A DNA stretch of 52,658 nt from a virus (IMGVR_UViG_3300022866_000011:1-52658); one strand, 5' to 3'. Counted from the first letter of the stretch, positions 44,301-51,178 are shown. Numbers and translations: made by a program. Notes: a model not told the origin generated them from the letters alone.

Positions 44301-45422
44301 CACCCCGGCAACTTCCGCCGCCCTGCCATTAGCAATGACGGTATCCGCCACCTTAAAACCATAGTCCTGCTGGATCCGATCAATCTCCTTCAGAATAGGG
44401 TCATCCTTCGCAGACCGGCCCAACTTCTTCAAAACCGCCAGACGCTCGCCGCGCAAATCGGCATAATCCTCCAGCTTCGACTCGGCCACCCACACATCGC
44501 GCTCACTCTTCAGAGCCTCCATGCGTGCAGCACTGGCGCCAATACCCACCGCACCAGTTGACCAAGCAGACTCCAACTCACCGATCCCAGAAGTAATCTC
44601 CGTTGATTCGCTGTCAATTTTTTCGACCTGGGCCTGTAATCTCTTCGCCTCTGGGCTTAACCCCCTTGAAAACATCCCACCATCCGACCATTTACCCTGA
44701 GCTTTTAATTCCTGCTCTTGCTCACCCAGAGCCATGCGTTCCGCCCCCAACTGACTGATCCGCCCCTGTGCGTCTGCGATTTTCACATCGCTGGTTTCCT
44801 TTTCCTGATCAAGCAGCATGATCTGCCTATTGAGGGGAGCCAAAGCCGCCTTCTGAGCGTCACCTCGCCACGCTTTCCGGGCTTTTCGCGCCGAAATTGC
44901 GACGTCCGGATTTTTGGAACCGATTAAATCATCAACATGCCCAGCGTTTTCCTGCCCAGACTCTCCAAAATCATAGTAAAGATTCGGATCCTCCGCGTCT
45001 GCACCACGAACCATCGGAACCGCCTTGTGCTCTGTCTTGCCGCTCGTGCTCCGACGCCCCAGCGCCCACGAACCATCCTCGCGCTTGGTTTTCTTCCAAT
45101 CGCCAGTCTTGTAGACCACTCCACCAGCCTCGTCACGATTCGGCCGCAGGATACCATCCTCACCCTTATAAAAATCAATTCCCTTCTGCCGAAACTGATC
45201 CTCCAGCTTCGCCATATTCGCGGTTTTGGTCGCCTTGGCTCGATCCGCCTCGCGCCGAACCCTTGCCGGATTACCAGCCGGCAAATCGTTTACCTTGTAA
45301 CCACGCTGGCTAAAATCGCTGATATTCTCGCCAACCGGCTTCCTTGTTCCTCTTCCCGCGAACATACTAGGAGCACCACCACCAAGACGGTTCTCATCTT
45401 CTAATTGATCGTTTAAAGGCAT
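32310..45422 (-). CDS. giant polyvalent internal virion/ejection protein (4370 aa)
   Basis: ParB-like (LKPTQ, VDGHHQW), ddrB-ParB-like (PSSH, LQPRDR), ART-PolyVal-like (FKRWFG, YHGT), sigma-70-like, kinase (DLHDEN, IDP), adenine MTase (FLGNK, DLMAGAG, DPGY), C-terminal PFIRTPWN/SYSRIEP. Confidence 0.85.
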   Translation of the reverse strand: MPLNDQLEDENRLGGGAPSMFAGRGTRKPVGENISDFSQRGYKVNDLPAGNPARVRREADRAKATKTANMAKLEDQFRQKGIDFYKGEDGILRPNRDEAGGVVYKTGDWKKTKREDGSWALGRRSTSGKTEHKAVPMVRGADAEDPNLYYDFGESGQENAGHVDDLIGSKNPDVAISARKARKAWRGDAQKAALAPLNRQIMLLDQEKETSDVKIADAQGRISQLGAERMALGEQEQELKAQGKWSDGGMFSRGLSPEAKRLQAQVEKIDSESTEITSGIGELESAWSTGAVGIGASAARMEALKSERDVWVAESKLEDYADLRGERLAVLKKLGRSAKDDPILKEIDRIQQDYGFKVADTVIANGRAAEVAGVPESFEAPVKQGKPAAQPEKDPTFTGEVGRRAGDLVASFGRGSNAILKMAGDLYGLTTGNMDNVVSEFGDHGMDYWGAKVSAGLKKGEAERKDAIDSVDGWFGKALAYVKSTVASPELFTNALAEQLPNLAGAGGAAALTGKAATKLLLKTAAGKASKRLAAAVAVGSQVGVGAALQGGDVGGDGYDEAVVALHEMSDEAAMGLPEIAAAVESGESIEDAKLALALSIGRRSGAIAFGVSMLAQGVPQMIPGLGTLEKVLAGKAGAAGVAGRLAGAGVTAATEALSEAAEEGLGRVGLNSQVQRIDPDRKLSEGVGEAVGQAVVVGGGLGGGGALIAAGPKTEAGIAVESAPVNRAKVLSMIDDPGSRAAIELVGGADKVKAFLAEYDAAGGQDETAAQELAKLSGWLEVNRQAVDQVEAMQDFDPQFDPESDPVQVETETAKLKDSNRDAARGLLRIANGLNVNQLPEAEQAALTVVGERIGTEMVKDEEGFQVITDKARAWMIEGVSSAESLMPRTEAEVSQLIARAKEQGTQSEQAAQPEVSEKSTETAVPRETQKVEAIPPGQFLEAVNRVSKGGTPEQKLTVARRAAENVNKALGTLGATFPSMRVVQEELGSGGLAVDSDGTLLVSIGDIVAEGNDQAILDPDRMVALAVEEGAHIISQRMEEAGRWNATEAWDSLSSQERYTFKRIYEPGASGPVSDRAMAHEAVRMLVQGRMQVRQDGRLVINGQLSEERASEKLISFIRDALTALRSWIMDSATGDSEGMGDMKLIADEIGAQLEQINGTDSVLYGRYQERDGNGNPDQGAGSTPSDPGETAPVSSDTTSAEAGDTATAAPDTTSQSPDNREPDSLGVSDQDSGLAAAEPSNSEALTGEKVNRLWSAFAADSGTLGIPRSDMPQVKAENRGALVQFLKARGIESAEDNILPGSLKPTQAEFSPAKVKKAEGFKGGDRAILVSSDGHVVDGHHQWLSKVNVSPDETIRVIRLDAPIEAVLAGVKEFPSSDTEGGARSVEAAGDQSFGGAAEGATGPRAQLTTDANGSLDVASVAALAGELGVSPEQIGRLEKVTHKGKNFWTVNVLSGADQFPSSHTPDGIVRNGYPDALQPRDRAGDIYVSQQRQIAANPNMDEEMLAGTTAQGLPIVAFVSGQAVTVMGNGRANGKSLMYDDSSLSDVAGKFQEDLGAVARSKGISAEVVDLVENPVLVRVAITSMPVEDLREASEDSNQFAGAATNTVEQARQDSDRLSPEVISFYNPDFDISAGRNLPFRQEFVSSVIKDTSANISDTDLNRRIEAAMFAKAYSGSPEGAAAFGRLVNEDDAGVRGLIGAMMKVAPKVAAMNTAIEDGALHPIGISADIARAVQDIAQTLRDKPSSQSVEAALDALVNQQELGAISERSELQEAMLQWLVENRRKGGKIAEVLNNYVTLVYGQGDPKQEAMFAIEPATPAQIWKQATEMGADEILASARSLSARRIGAVLKSGRSEQTETPAFKRWFGKSSVVDANGAPRVVYHGTGADENFSVFRSGDGFGMHFGTAGQATDRLDSVISSGRIREKGTRVLPVYLNIKNPVRLEDYGSWDLDSGLEDQLDRLFGDKTVRAFGVKTEADVIRFLKGEGHDGVVYKNEGESGGAGVTRKALVDAKEKVAELMGKKVPFYYVPDEVQATQEFKDLEDAQTAHRRFLMGNQEDSFIAFDQTQIKSAIGNRGTFDANDPSILKSGRSGSDDTLDFFGQLGLNDEAKIYADNLPPAVANSAGGVLSLMAKEIPEMRGHSGAIAAAKSIAERAKSPTKASENDKLENVAEDAKTEENPETEASAVRAVPIPTQDKVRKHELRFGSDVDLAPEQLFEKYRPAAERMAATRFNNTPGVGLEDLMQQARLLLWEAASGVSAFTQKEGNKKFADYGVGKEGTARSFWQFAGNLMRRRLSTMFATNVKRVSLEVSTDAGAGGASGESFSSDDSNDGGGGTILDTLESGSDVATEVGEQERQTTAAQIVNEALAIMDYKRATALRVYMKDGQLSDVQEALGLNSVQSAHYNLQIAMKQLRKILDGRGVSADILRSGKASYPPVPDDLLRLSDRAAWERQVLQWAKEVPDVVAFQAGGRPNNALFTSRNSREGEHPWRVTWILFEGSDDKKVGSSMRAVNHVHFPKREEAFGYALSLGTPDPDLLFSGRSVPRNPLGQQIEAEQLRVAAGTDLTRGVKSTDEDVVSKDKGRKRTQSFGDPFDGSSAEVAAEASRVASGSTSAVRDAGRQTPSETQKVKNRQSDALRKWAQENGAMIDSDQFEKQWKEGGEVGGEEHQVIMGTDGLTVTKRNFVDDSFGGATVLPFHLGYDEFFDRVQIHNLLFEETGPRLLGFTETSEGLIAPVLSQAYVIVRRGATRAETEEAMELEGFRRINADNYRRGEVLVEDLHDENVVIDNFGKIQFIDPVIYIRPETLKSGRSDLFNDQNTEGDGDNVAVPEVTPVQKAKLQNTLLFPFLGNKSAISGKLAGVILSGAEGVKLVGDLMAGAGFYGNVLARLGHRGIPRVHNEWNALRFATFAAIKNDVEGVIKAHDKWQDLFDQIDIDTPANGRPENLRLQEVYPKIDAVARETIKGLLPDNAAALAELGPIVLPQTADVAGLYLALQNISAGGISLELEFHKRKPKKDDDPNTVALPGLGADEQAVKIGTLKPILTKMGERAIFRSGESYNKLLREYSENMALTEVEQGDGYKKLVDRAGPDTFFMLDPGYSGDSSNYATPLEAQTGRIAFQQLLSGPVLDAWKKGSKLMITNNWDSETVLHLQRLGFTVLKETRRSDKPELVAFNYDPKTGKLYDLEGKARAAVEARGLQSVEARADESVEPVDKISSVRREEPASKRKRDRADEQQAAEPVAGGATETPPADVPQGRSDGGRRLEAGTNAERAALDDQAAVTEGLAALRRRVPSSIKEIVANQNFEQNGRKIQGRPDLANPAEDSESRSVVDAVDEAMKPGRERETVEMWDKAAQERLDKDRVGYVRELIDRANDGRGFDDPVQTRAAQMIVNDLVQDAVSSGDAQKMKDAQAVVLAYRVTGTEQGRALAARRDPHKTPEERFSEFIASSLFLPKASVRKNLSDSWSASAKAREVDRLRNKIADLEAAKLGTVVGAPGTPGQDKTLANMRLKLGEAMQRSSQQEIAKKAVDGRMAKVEAAFRKMGITLDHIFNGEAYLKLRGNKLVDSAMNKAGYDAKKKRVVGLIRRGWSDSDVARRTDQNVSAVVKVRSEIIAATRARLETLGDAALDPDKLDAATLGSARADLKSGTSGGLSAAERQKRIDLMLSRMGLIENKEAVIRTEKAQAKRRRRSNAKPKRKATPFPANAKPGSVEFPAGADGQRPDDFGNTQLGLGEDADMAPPVFDISDPAQVAQVARTIQIADSGAFDMLFEFWINSILSGPLTQGANVVGNSFNTVWDMGVKRMGEAILNAAVKDPTAPQLGEFKWMLKGMNKSLAGAWAAAVNTWATEQNIYTSSILNSQLEINPVFDKAGGIKAAIPGKTGRVVRLPGRLLMATDAFFKAAIARTHVAAEAYRLGKSSKKKGAALVSFIEAEIDTPGSESWRKALLLANELTFQDDHDGTRMGKWMTYLSKARELEVPGGIKPLRFVMPFIRTPWNIFQQGIRQSPVGAVAFAARIGSAGLYRIKDGRPVAVSYPTPLLIKHTVEQVLAWSMAGLLYGAAAGDDDDEDKQFLITGSLPSDRISQRNLDRRVGLAPYAIRFGGAQVSYSRIEPLATMLGLGVDMLSRLKSGESGFESFGAFMSALGDSVDSKTFLRGWSDLAGAMSGESRFTSFVASQLSTLIPNLFRQPVRQLDGVYREREHGLFAEVVQNVYGPAGSPKIDPYGEEVERRGGSLWRMLVPIEVGKIPELNRVDQLLLNYRQTADDPQSWAPSNLQKSITVNGERRTLSGKVLEEYSRRSGKMAARLLQSVSLNVSRPTSQDVEKIRRAFTLARANVRRDMFFGTSADRFADQN

Positions 45423-45431
45423 AATCTGATT

Positions 45432-46625
45432 TTAGCGACTCGCGCCGCCTGAAGGTTGCGTAGTGAAGGCGTCCTTCTGTTGCTGCAGACCGAGTAGTTC
45501 TAACCTTAATTTCTTCAAGAGAGGATCGGTGCGCCCATTCGAAAAGTATGACCCACGGCTTTTCTCCCGTGCATTAATTCTTTCCCGCAAATCTGACATT
45601 TTAAAGTCCACCGATTCCGGCGTAACGTTCTCGGTTAACGGCTCCGGTCCAGACTTCATAAAGCTATCAGCAATCCCAGAAATTAACCGGTTTGTTGCGC
45701 CACCACCCGGACCACCCAGAGGATGTCCTGTGCCGGCAAATCCACCGCTGGGTGCCTTTGGCACAAACTCACTAGACGGCCCACCCTCCATCCTTTGAAA
45801 AGGAGACGGGCGCATCGATTGCGGCGAACGAAACGCCGAGTTCGACTCCGCCTCATCCATTGGGACCGGCGTCACCGGCGAAGCCTTCTGAACAAACGGA
45901 TCACTTGGGCTTGAAAAAACAGAACCGCCCTCCGCAGACATAAACGGACTCGTTGGCTGCAAAGATGGCCCCGGTTCAGACGCTTTAGTAGGCGCAACCG
46001 GCTGTGCAGACTCAACAGGCGCGGCAGGCGGCGCGGCAGGACCAGAAGAAACACCAGATGGTCCCTTTGTCACCGTCTCCCCATTGCGATCCTCGTATTG
46101 AACCGTCCCCTTGGGTAAAGAACTCCCACGCTCTACGCTCGCGCCCCTGTCTTTCTCCGCCTGGGTCAGTTGCATCGGAGTCCTAAGCACTTCAAACCCA
46201 CGGCGATCCCCCGAAGCAAACCTTTCAAACGCCATGCGTCCACGCGCCATGTCCTGGCTGAACCTTTGCGGAGCCGGAGCCGCCGCAGATTGACTACCAC
46301 CCACTGGATCAACAAATAATGCACCCTTAACCGCACCTCCCGCTTTTGCGGCCTGCTCCTCAGTATGCTTGCGCCGAGCCAGCGCTTGGACATCACCCGC
46401 GCTCAAAGCGTAACCACCAGCAGAACGCATATTAGCCTGCGCAAGGTCACCCCTCGGAGGATCAAGCACCGCACCTCCAAGCGGATCAGCCTGACGCCGC
46501 GCTTGAAAAGATGGTGCTCGTTCTACAATATCCGTCGACGCTCGTGCTGGAGACATTACTGCAGCCTGTTTCCTTTTTTGTTCTTCTTCTTCTTCTTGCT
46601 GAGAGAGGCGAGGCAAAGGGATCAT
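45432..46625 (-). CDS. low-complexity Pro/Ser/Ala-rich protein, possibly an ejected protein
   Basis: ORF track; co-oriented 9 nt upstream of the giant gene. Confidence 0.65.
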   Translation of the reverse strand: MIPLPRLSQQEEEEEQKRKQAAVMSPARASTDIVERAPSFQARRQADPLGGAVLDPPRGDLAQANMRSAGGYALSAGDVQALARRKHTEEQAAKAGGAVKGALFVDPVGGSQSAAAPAPQRFSQDMARGRMAFERFASGDRRGFEVLRTPMQLTQAEKDRGASVERGSSLPKGTVQYEDRNGETVTKGPSGVSSGPAAPPAAPVESAQPVAPTKASEPGPSLQPTSPFMSAEGGSVFSSPSDPFVQKASPVTPVPMDEAESNSAFRSPQSMRPSPFQRMEGGPSSEFVPKAPSGGFAGTGHPLGGPGGGATNRLISGIADSFMKSGPEPLTENVTPESVDFKMSDLRERINAREKSRGSYFSNGRTDPLLKKLRLELLGLQQQKDAFTTQPSGGASR

Positions 46626-46711
46626 GGCGGGAGATTTCGAGTTGTTCCGGTTTTATCGTGCCGGACATCCGCCTCGGGCCACGCGTATATTTAACCAATT
46701 ACCACGACTAC

Positions 46712-46745
46712 GTTGCTCTCGTGTCAACGTTGCACATAGCACAAC
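46712..46745. promoter_or_regulatory. tandem GTTGA-N7-TCAAC element, copy 5
   Basis: GTTGC-TCTCGTG-TCAAC-GTTGC-ACATAGC-ACAAC; contains TTGACA on the minus strand. Confidence 0.6.
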
Positions 46746-48637
46746 TAGGAATACTGCGCCCGCCCATGCCGGCCATTTTCGCTACCTTTAGCCATATCCA
46801 GATCAGGAGGAAGCCGTCGAGCTTCCACGAGCTTGCTGTATTCGGTGGCGCTGTTGATGCAGGACAAGCCGATCGCCAGACTCAAAACATCATCATCATG
46901 GTGGCCCTCTTCCGCCTCACTTCGCCCCGAATCTTTCACGATAAAAGACTCACACTCAGAGATTGCCTGATCGTCCCAAATATCAAACCCCTCACCATCG
47001 CGGCCATGTTCTCGAATTGCGCGTGCCAGTGTCTCGATCGCCATCTCGCGCGTGCCACCATTTGACGAAGACCCGGTAGTCTTCCAGCCCAGCTGGCCGG
47101 TCACGCGACCCTCGCGCTGGTTGTAAACCTGACGCTCGTAGATCATGGCACCGCGCAGCTTCAGCAACTCGACCAAACCGCGATCCGCATTGATTTCCGG
47201 CACGATCATACAGCCCCCGATTCCGCCGTAGTAAACAGCCAATCGCCAAACCTGCTCTTCCAAAATGTCCACATCCCACCGACACGGCGGACGCAACCGA
47301 GCCACCACCGCAGGAGGAACCCAACCACGGCCATGCTCGAAATATCCCTGTCGAAGCACAAAAACACCGTGGCAATCCGGGTCCATTCCCGTCACCTGAC
47401 TCGCCCCGGTCATCGTATCGGCACAAATAAGATAACGCCGGCCAACCCGAGGCTCTTCATAGCGGTAAAGCATCGCTTCCTCCCGACTCACTTCTCGCCA
47501 GACCGGACGCATGACTGCCGGATCCTGCACCTCGAGGACACCAGGACGCGGAGTTTTAACCCGCTTGCGTTGATAATTCAACCCGGCCGCGTTAAAACGA
47601 CGTCGACCAGAACGAAGGAACGCCTTCTCCCACGACTCCGGGTAATCCTGATTGAACACCTCAACGTCCTTGTCGCACTCGTTATCGATCGACCAACGGC
47701 GCCAAGACAACTGCTCCCACGCGGTAAACGGTCCCGTTTTCTTGCCACCTGGCCCCATGATCGAATCCGAGCAACTCTTACCGATACGCATCACGCCCTT
47801 CTCGTCCCGATACCCGAACTCGTTCAATAAATCCTTCTCGCCGCGGTAACGCTCATCCTCGTCCAGTGTGTCCTCAATCGCCAGTTGCGCCTTAATCTTC
47901 AGCTTCGTCGCCGAGTCGTGAAACTCGAACCACGGTGCGAACACCCGCACAAAGTCACCCGGAGACAGCTCGCCACCGGCAAGGAACTCGTCGGCGTCCA
48001 TTCCAAGCAACCATCTGTCGTAAAAGTCACCTGATGCCCCCTTAGCCGTGGTCTCGAGGATGGCAAGCGTTCCGGCCAATGGGGGAACACACTTCAGCAG
48101 TCCCGCCATCACCTTCTTCGCGTCCTTCACTCCCTCACTAGCCCAACGAGCCACCTCAGTGCCCAGCAACGTCTGGAACGTCCCCGAACGGCCCGCCTCT
48201 CCATCACCCGCGGTCTCTTGAATCAACCGGCTCCCGTTAGACCATCGGCCAACCTCTGTATTGATCTCTCCCTCATTCCCCCAAGGGAAGGTGTCGAGCG
48301 TCTGATAATTGCGCATAATATCAAGCGCGTTCTGAGTCTGCGAATACTGAGCTCCGATCACACAGGCCGAGGTTCGCCGCTTCCGTAAATCGTGGTAAAT
48401 CTCCGCCGCCGAATAAGTCGTGCTCCCCTTCTGCCGTGGTTTCAGCGTGAGGATCCGACACGGTAGCTCGCGCGAATGACACTCACGCCGCACGTCCGCG
48501 ATCTTCGCCTGCAAGTAGTTTGCCACCGGTTCCGCCACCTCGCCTGCCTTGTTCACAATCCGGCCAAATGCCTCCCACCACGCTGCGGTATCCTCGCGAA
48601 ATATCTGCTGAAGTAGCGCCTCTTCGTTTTCTGCCAT
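46745..48637 (-). CDS. terL: terminase large subunit
   Basis: ILTLKPRQKGSTT (Walker A), TEVARW, ILETTAKG, FNQDYP, YLICAD, HHDDDVLSLAI nuclease motif. Confidence 0.92.
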   Translation of the reverse strand: MAENEEALLQQIFREDTAAWWEAFGRIVNKAGEVAEPVANYLQAKIADVRRECHSRELPCRILTLKPRQKGSTTYSAAEIYHDLRKRRTSACVIGAQYSQTQNALDIMRNYQTLDTFPWGNEGEINTEVGRWSNGSRLIQETAGDGEAGRSGTFQTLLGTEVARWASEGVKDAKKVMAGLLKCVPPLAGTLAILETTAKGASGDFYDRWLLGMDADEFLAGGELSPGDFVRVFAPWFEFHDSATKLKIKAQLAIEDTLDEDERYRGEKDLLNEFGYRDEKGVMRIGKSCSDSIMGPGGKKTGPFTAWEQLSWRRWSIDNECDKDVEVFNQDYPESWEKAFLRSGRRRFNAAGLNYQRKRVKTPRPGVLEVQDPAVMRPVWREVSREEAMLYRYEEPRVGRRYLICADTMTGASQVTGMDPDCHGVFVLRQGYFEHGRGWVPPAVVARLRPPCRWDVDILEEQVWRLAVYYGGIGGCMIVPEINADRGLVELLKLRGAMIYERQVYNQREGRVTGQLGWKTTGSSSNGGTREMAIETLARAIREHGRDGEGFDIWDDQAISECESFIVKDSGRSEAEEGHHDDDVLSLAIGLSCINSATEYSKLVEARRLPPDLDMAKGSENGRHGRAQYS

Positions 48638-48639
48638 TC

Positions 48640-48673
48640 GTTGTTTATCTTTCAGTGTTGATTCTGAATCAAC
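48640..48673. promoter_or_regulatory. tandem GTTGA-N7-TCAAC element, copy 6
   Basis: GTTGT-TTATCTT-TCAGT-GTTGA-TTCTGAA-TCAAC, 2 nt from the terL start. Confidence 0.65.
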
Positions 48674-48773
48674 TTTTTACTTGCCGACCTAGACCCATCC
48701 TTACATCGGTAAAAGCGCGATCGACGTGTGCGCGTCTTAACCACTTTTCTACCTTCACGGGAGAAATCATCAG

Positions 48774-48813
48774 GAGGCCCGAGCTGCGCACACGGCTCGG
48801 GCCTCTCTGTTTT
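48774..48813 (+). terminator. leader terminator/attenuator hairpin
   Basis: GAGGCCCGAGCTG-CGCACA-CGGCTCGGGCCTC followed by TCTGTTTT. Confidence 0.7.
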
Positions 48814-48846
48814 TACGGCAGGGAGAACAAAAAACCTCTCTACTTT

Positions 48847-49281
48847 ATGGCAAAAACAACCCCTCCCAATCTTCCACGAGGATGGATCGGCGTCGACCTA
48901 GACGCGACCCTAGCCCACTACGACCACTGGCGAGGTATCGACCACATCGGTAAACCCATCCCTGCGATGGTCGAACGAGTCCAAGGGTGGATAGCCCAAG
49001 GCATAAACGTCAGGATCATGACGGCCCGCGTTTACCCACTGCCCGTCACTCACACCTGCGACGGCATCAACCTCAATAGCGCAAATTTAACTGACCGAGA
49101 AAAAGAGGCATACAAGGCGGCCCACTTTATCTTTCTGTGGTGCGAGGAACACATTGGCGATCGCCTCCCAGTAACCTGCCAAAAAGACCTCTCGATGGTC
49201 AGCCTATGGGACGACCGAGCAGTGCAAGTCGAACCGAACACCGGACGACGCATCGACGGACTAGGCAACCAACCCACCTGA
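48847..49281 (+). CDS. HAD-superfamily phosphatase-like protein (start revised to 48847)
   Basis: WIGVDLDATLA (DxDxT), IMTAR, VTCQK, LWDDRA. Confidence 0.8.
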   Translation: MAKTTPPNLPRGWIGVDLDATLAHYDHWRGIDHIGKPIPAMVERVQGWIAQGINVRIMTARVYPLPVTHTCDGINLNSANLTDREKEAYKAAHFIFLWCEEHIGDRLPVTCQKDLSMVSLWDDRAVQVEPNTGRRIDGLGNQPT

Positions 49282-49284
49282 ACG

Positions 49285-49815
49285 ATGAACCTCCCAGACA
49301 AAGACGGCTGGCAAGTTGTCAGCTTCGCTGCCGACTGCGGAATTGATCCCGCCGATGGCGAATTTAATCCCAACTGCTCCATATGCGGAGACGAATACAC
49401 CAACTGCAACTGCCCCGGCCCCGGCCCCACCCAAGACGGATACGAATACAAGTTGGTCGATGACGTCATGATGGCGCGGAATCTGGAATCTAGACTCAAG
49501 GCGCTCGCCAAAACAGCCAAGTCCACCGGTAACCTTGCCCTTCAAACCGACACAGGACTGTGCCTCGCCGTTTGCTCACAAGAGCCAAACACAATCTACG
49601 AATACGCCCTCCACGAAATGGGGATACGCACGACGATCAACATCACCGATGATGCCCTATACATCGCCACAAAAGAGCAGCACGGAACCAACGCCATCAC
49701 CCGAGCCATACGCGGCTCATTTTCCTACGTGATGGCCTCCAACAGCACCGGCAAACAGGCGATCAAAATCTACATCCCCAAACTATTCAACCACCCCAAA
49801 TCCATAGAACCATGA
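49285..49815 (+). CDS. hypothetical protein with Cys-rich N-terminus
   Basis: CSICG...CNCPGP; operon spacing. Confidence 0.65.
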   Translation: MNLPDKDGWQVVSFAADCGIDPADGEFNPNCSICGDEYTNCNCPGPGPTQDGYEYKLVDDVMMARNLESRLKALAKTAKSTGNLALQTDTGLCLAVCSQEPNTIYEYALHEMGIRTTINITDDALYIATKEQHGTNAITRAIRGSFSYVMASNSTGKQAIKIYIPKLFNHPKSIEP

Positions 49816-50507
49816 AGCTAACCAAACAAGAAATTATCCGGATCAAAATAGGCACCCAAGCCGGATGGACCCGCATAGTCGAACGACATCACTCGAACAT
49901 AGATGCAAAGCTCTACTATAAATCTCCAGAAGGAGACTTCTTCTCGGCAGACGAACTCCACGCATACGGCGAAGAAAAAGTCATGGAAACACCCACCAAT
50001 CCCGAAGATTGGATGCCCGAAGCGCGCCAAATCGCCGCGCTATGCTGGTGCGACAAAGAGACCAAGTTGATTGAAATGGACAGCGTCCTCGCCGAAGCCG
50101 TCGCAAAACGAATCGCTAACTGGATGGAAGAAGCCGCATGCGCCCACCGCAACAGCAGCTACTATCGCGGCCTAATCAATCAATGCGGGATAACGATCGG
50201 CAAAGAAGCCCACGTATCCGACGACGGATCCATCCAACAAGACGTGCTCTGCGCGAAAGTGCCCGAACTCGTCCAGAAGCTGCAGAACAACCACGCCCAG
50301 CTTCAATACTCACTCGGTGTCCTTGAAGAAGCACTCACTGGACTGATGGTAAGCAACGAAGGAGACATTGGCTGCGCAACGGACGAAGAACTGATGAAAG
50401 CTATAGAATTCGGTCCGAATTCCATCATACGAACCCAAGCCAACGCCGTGCTAGTTGCCCGATACGCCATACGCACGGTCGGCCACCTTTTACCCAAGAA
50501 GGACTAA
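49812..50507 (+). CDS. hypothetical protein (231 aa)
   Basis: ATGA coupling; ORF track. Confidence 0.65.
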   Translation: MKLTKQEIIRIKIGTQAGWTRIVERHHSNIDAKLYYKSPEGDFFSADELHAYGEEKVMETPTNPEDWMPEARQIAALCWCDKETKLIEMDSVLAEAVAKRIANWMEEAACAHRNSSYYRGLINQCGITIGKEAHVSDDGSIQQDVLCAKVPELVQKLQNNHAQLQYSLGVLEEALTGLMVSNEGDIGCATDEELMKAIEFGPNSIIRTQANAVLVARYAIRTVGHLLPKKD

Positions 50508-50511
50508 ACCA

Positions 50512-50754
50512 ATGGCCGGCCAACTCCTCAACTTAAACGGAAGCCCTACCTTCATCGACGGACCCGACGCGTTCGGATCCGCCAAGGTCAACGGCCGCAC
50601 GCGACGCTGGGAGTGGCACGATTACCTCGGGCCGATTTTCATGCGAGCCGATGGTGAGCCCTGCAAGATCCCACCCGGCGAGCACAACCCAGTCTGGCCG
50701 CACTTCGAAAAGTGGCTGACGGAATACCAAGCCAAAAAATTAAAAAAACCATGA
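50512..50754 (+). CDS. hypothetical protein (80 aa; start revised to 50512)
   Basis: ATG 4 nt after the upstream stop; WEWHDYLGP motif; ATGA overlap with MazG. Confidence 0.65.
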   Translation: MAGQLLNLNGSPTFIDGPDAFGSAKVNGRTRRWEWHDYLGPIFMRADGEPCKIPPGEHNPVWPHFEKWLTEYQAKKLKKP

Positions 50755-51178
50755 ACCTCGATCAATTCCAAGAACGCGCATCGCGCACCCTTCCAGAACA
50801 AGGAGCTCAACACGCCTTCGATCTATCCCTAAAGAAGATGAAGAAGGCCAGTGAGTCACGGTCAGGTAAAGCCGTCATAGACAACTTTTACCGAGACATT
50901 GACCTGACCCATGCCGCCCTTGGGCTTGCTGGCGAAGTCGGCGAGCTAGTCGACCCCATCAAAAAAACCATATTTTACGGCCAGCCCCTCAAATCTGAGA
51001 ACATCAAAGAGGAGGCCGGAGACATTCTCTGGTATATCGCGGGCCGCTTTGCCGCGCACTCGACTGCTCAATGCAAGAACTCGCGGAAGGCGTAATCGCA
51101 AAACTCGCAAAACGCTATCCCGAAAAATACACCGATCAAGCAGCGCAAAATCGCGCCGACAAGGAGCCAACCAAGTGA
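50751..51178 (+). pseudogene. mazG: MazG-like nucleotide pyrophosphohydrolase, frameshifted near 51043
   Basis: LGLAGEVGELVD...IKEEAGDILWYIA, then LCRALD...IAKLAKRYP continues in the -1 frame. Confidence 0.8.

Noticed and set aside
48520-48846. N-terminal extension of the HAD ORF
   Set aside because: Overlaps terL and the leader terminator; the HAD motif begins shortly after ATG 48847
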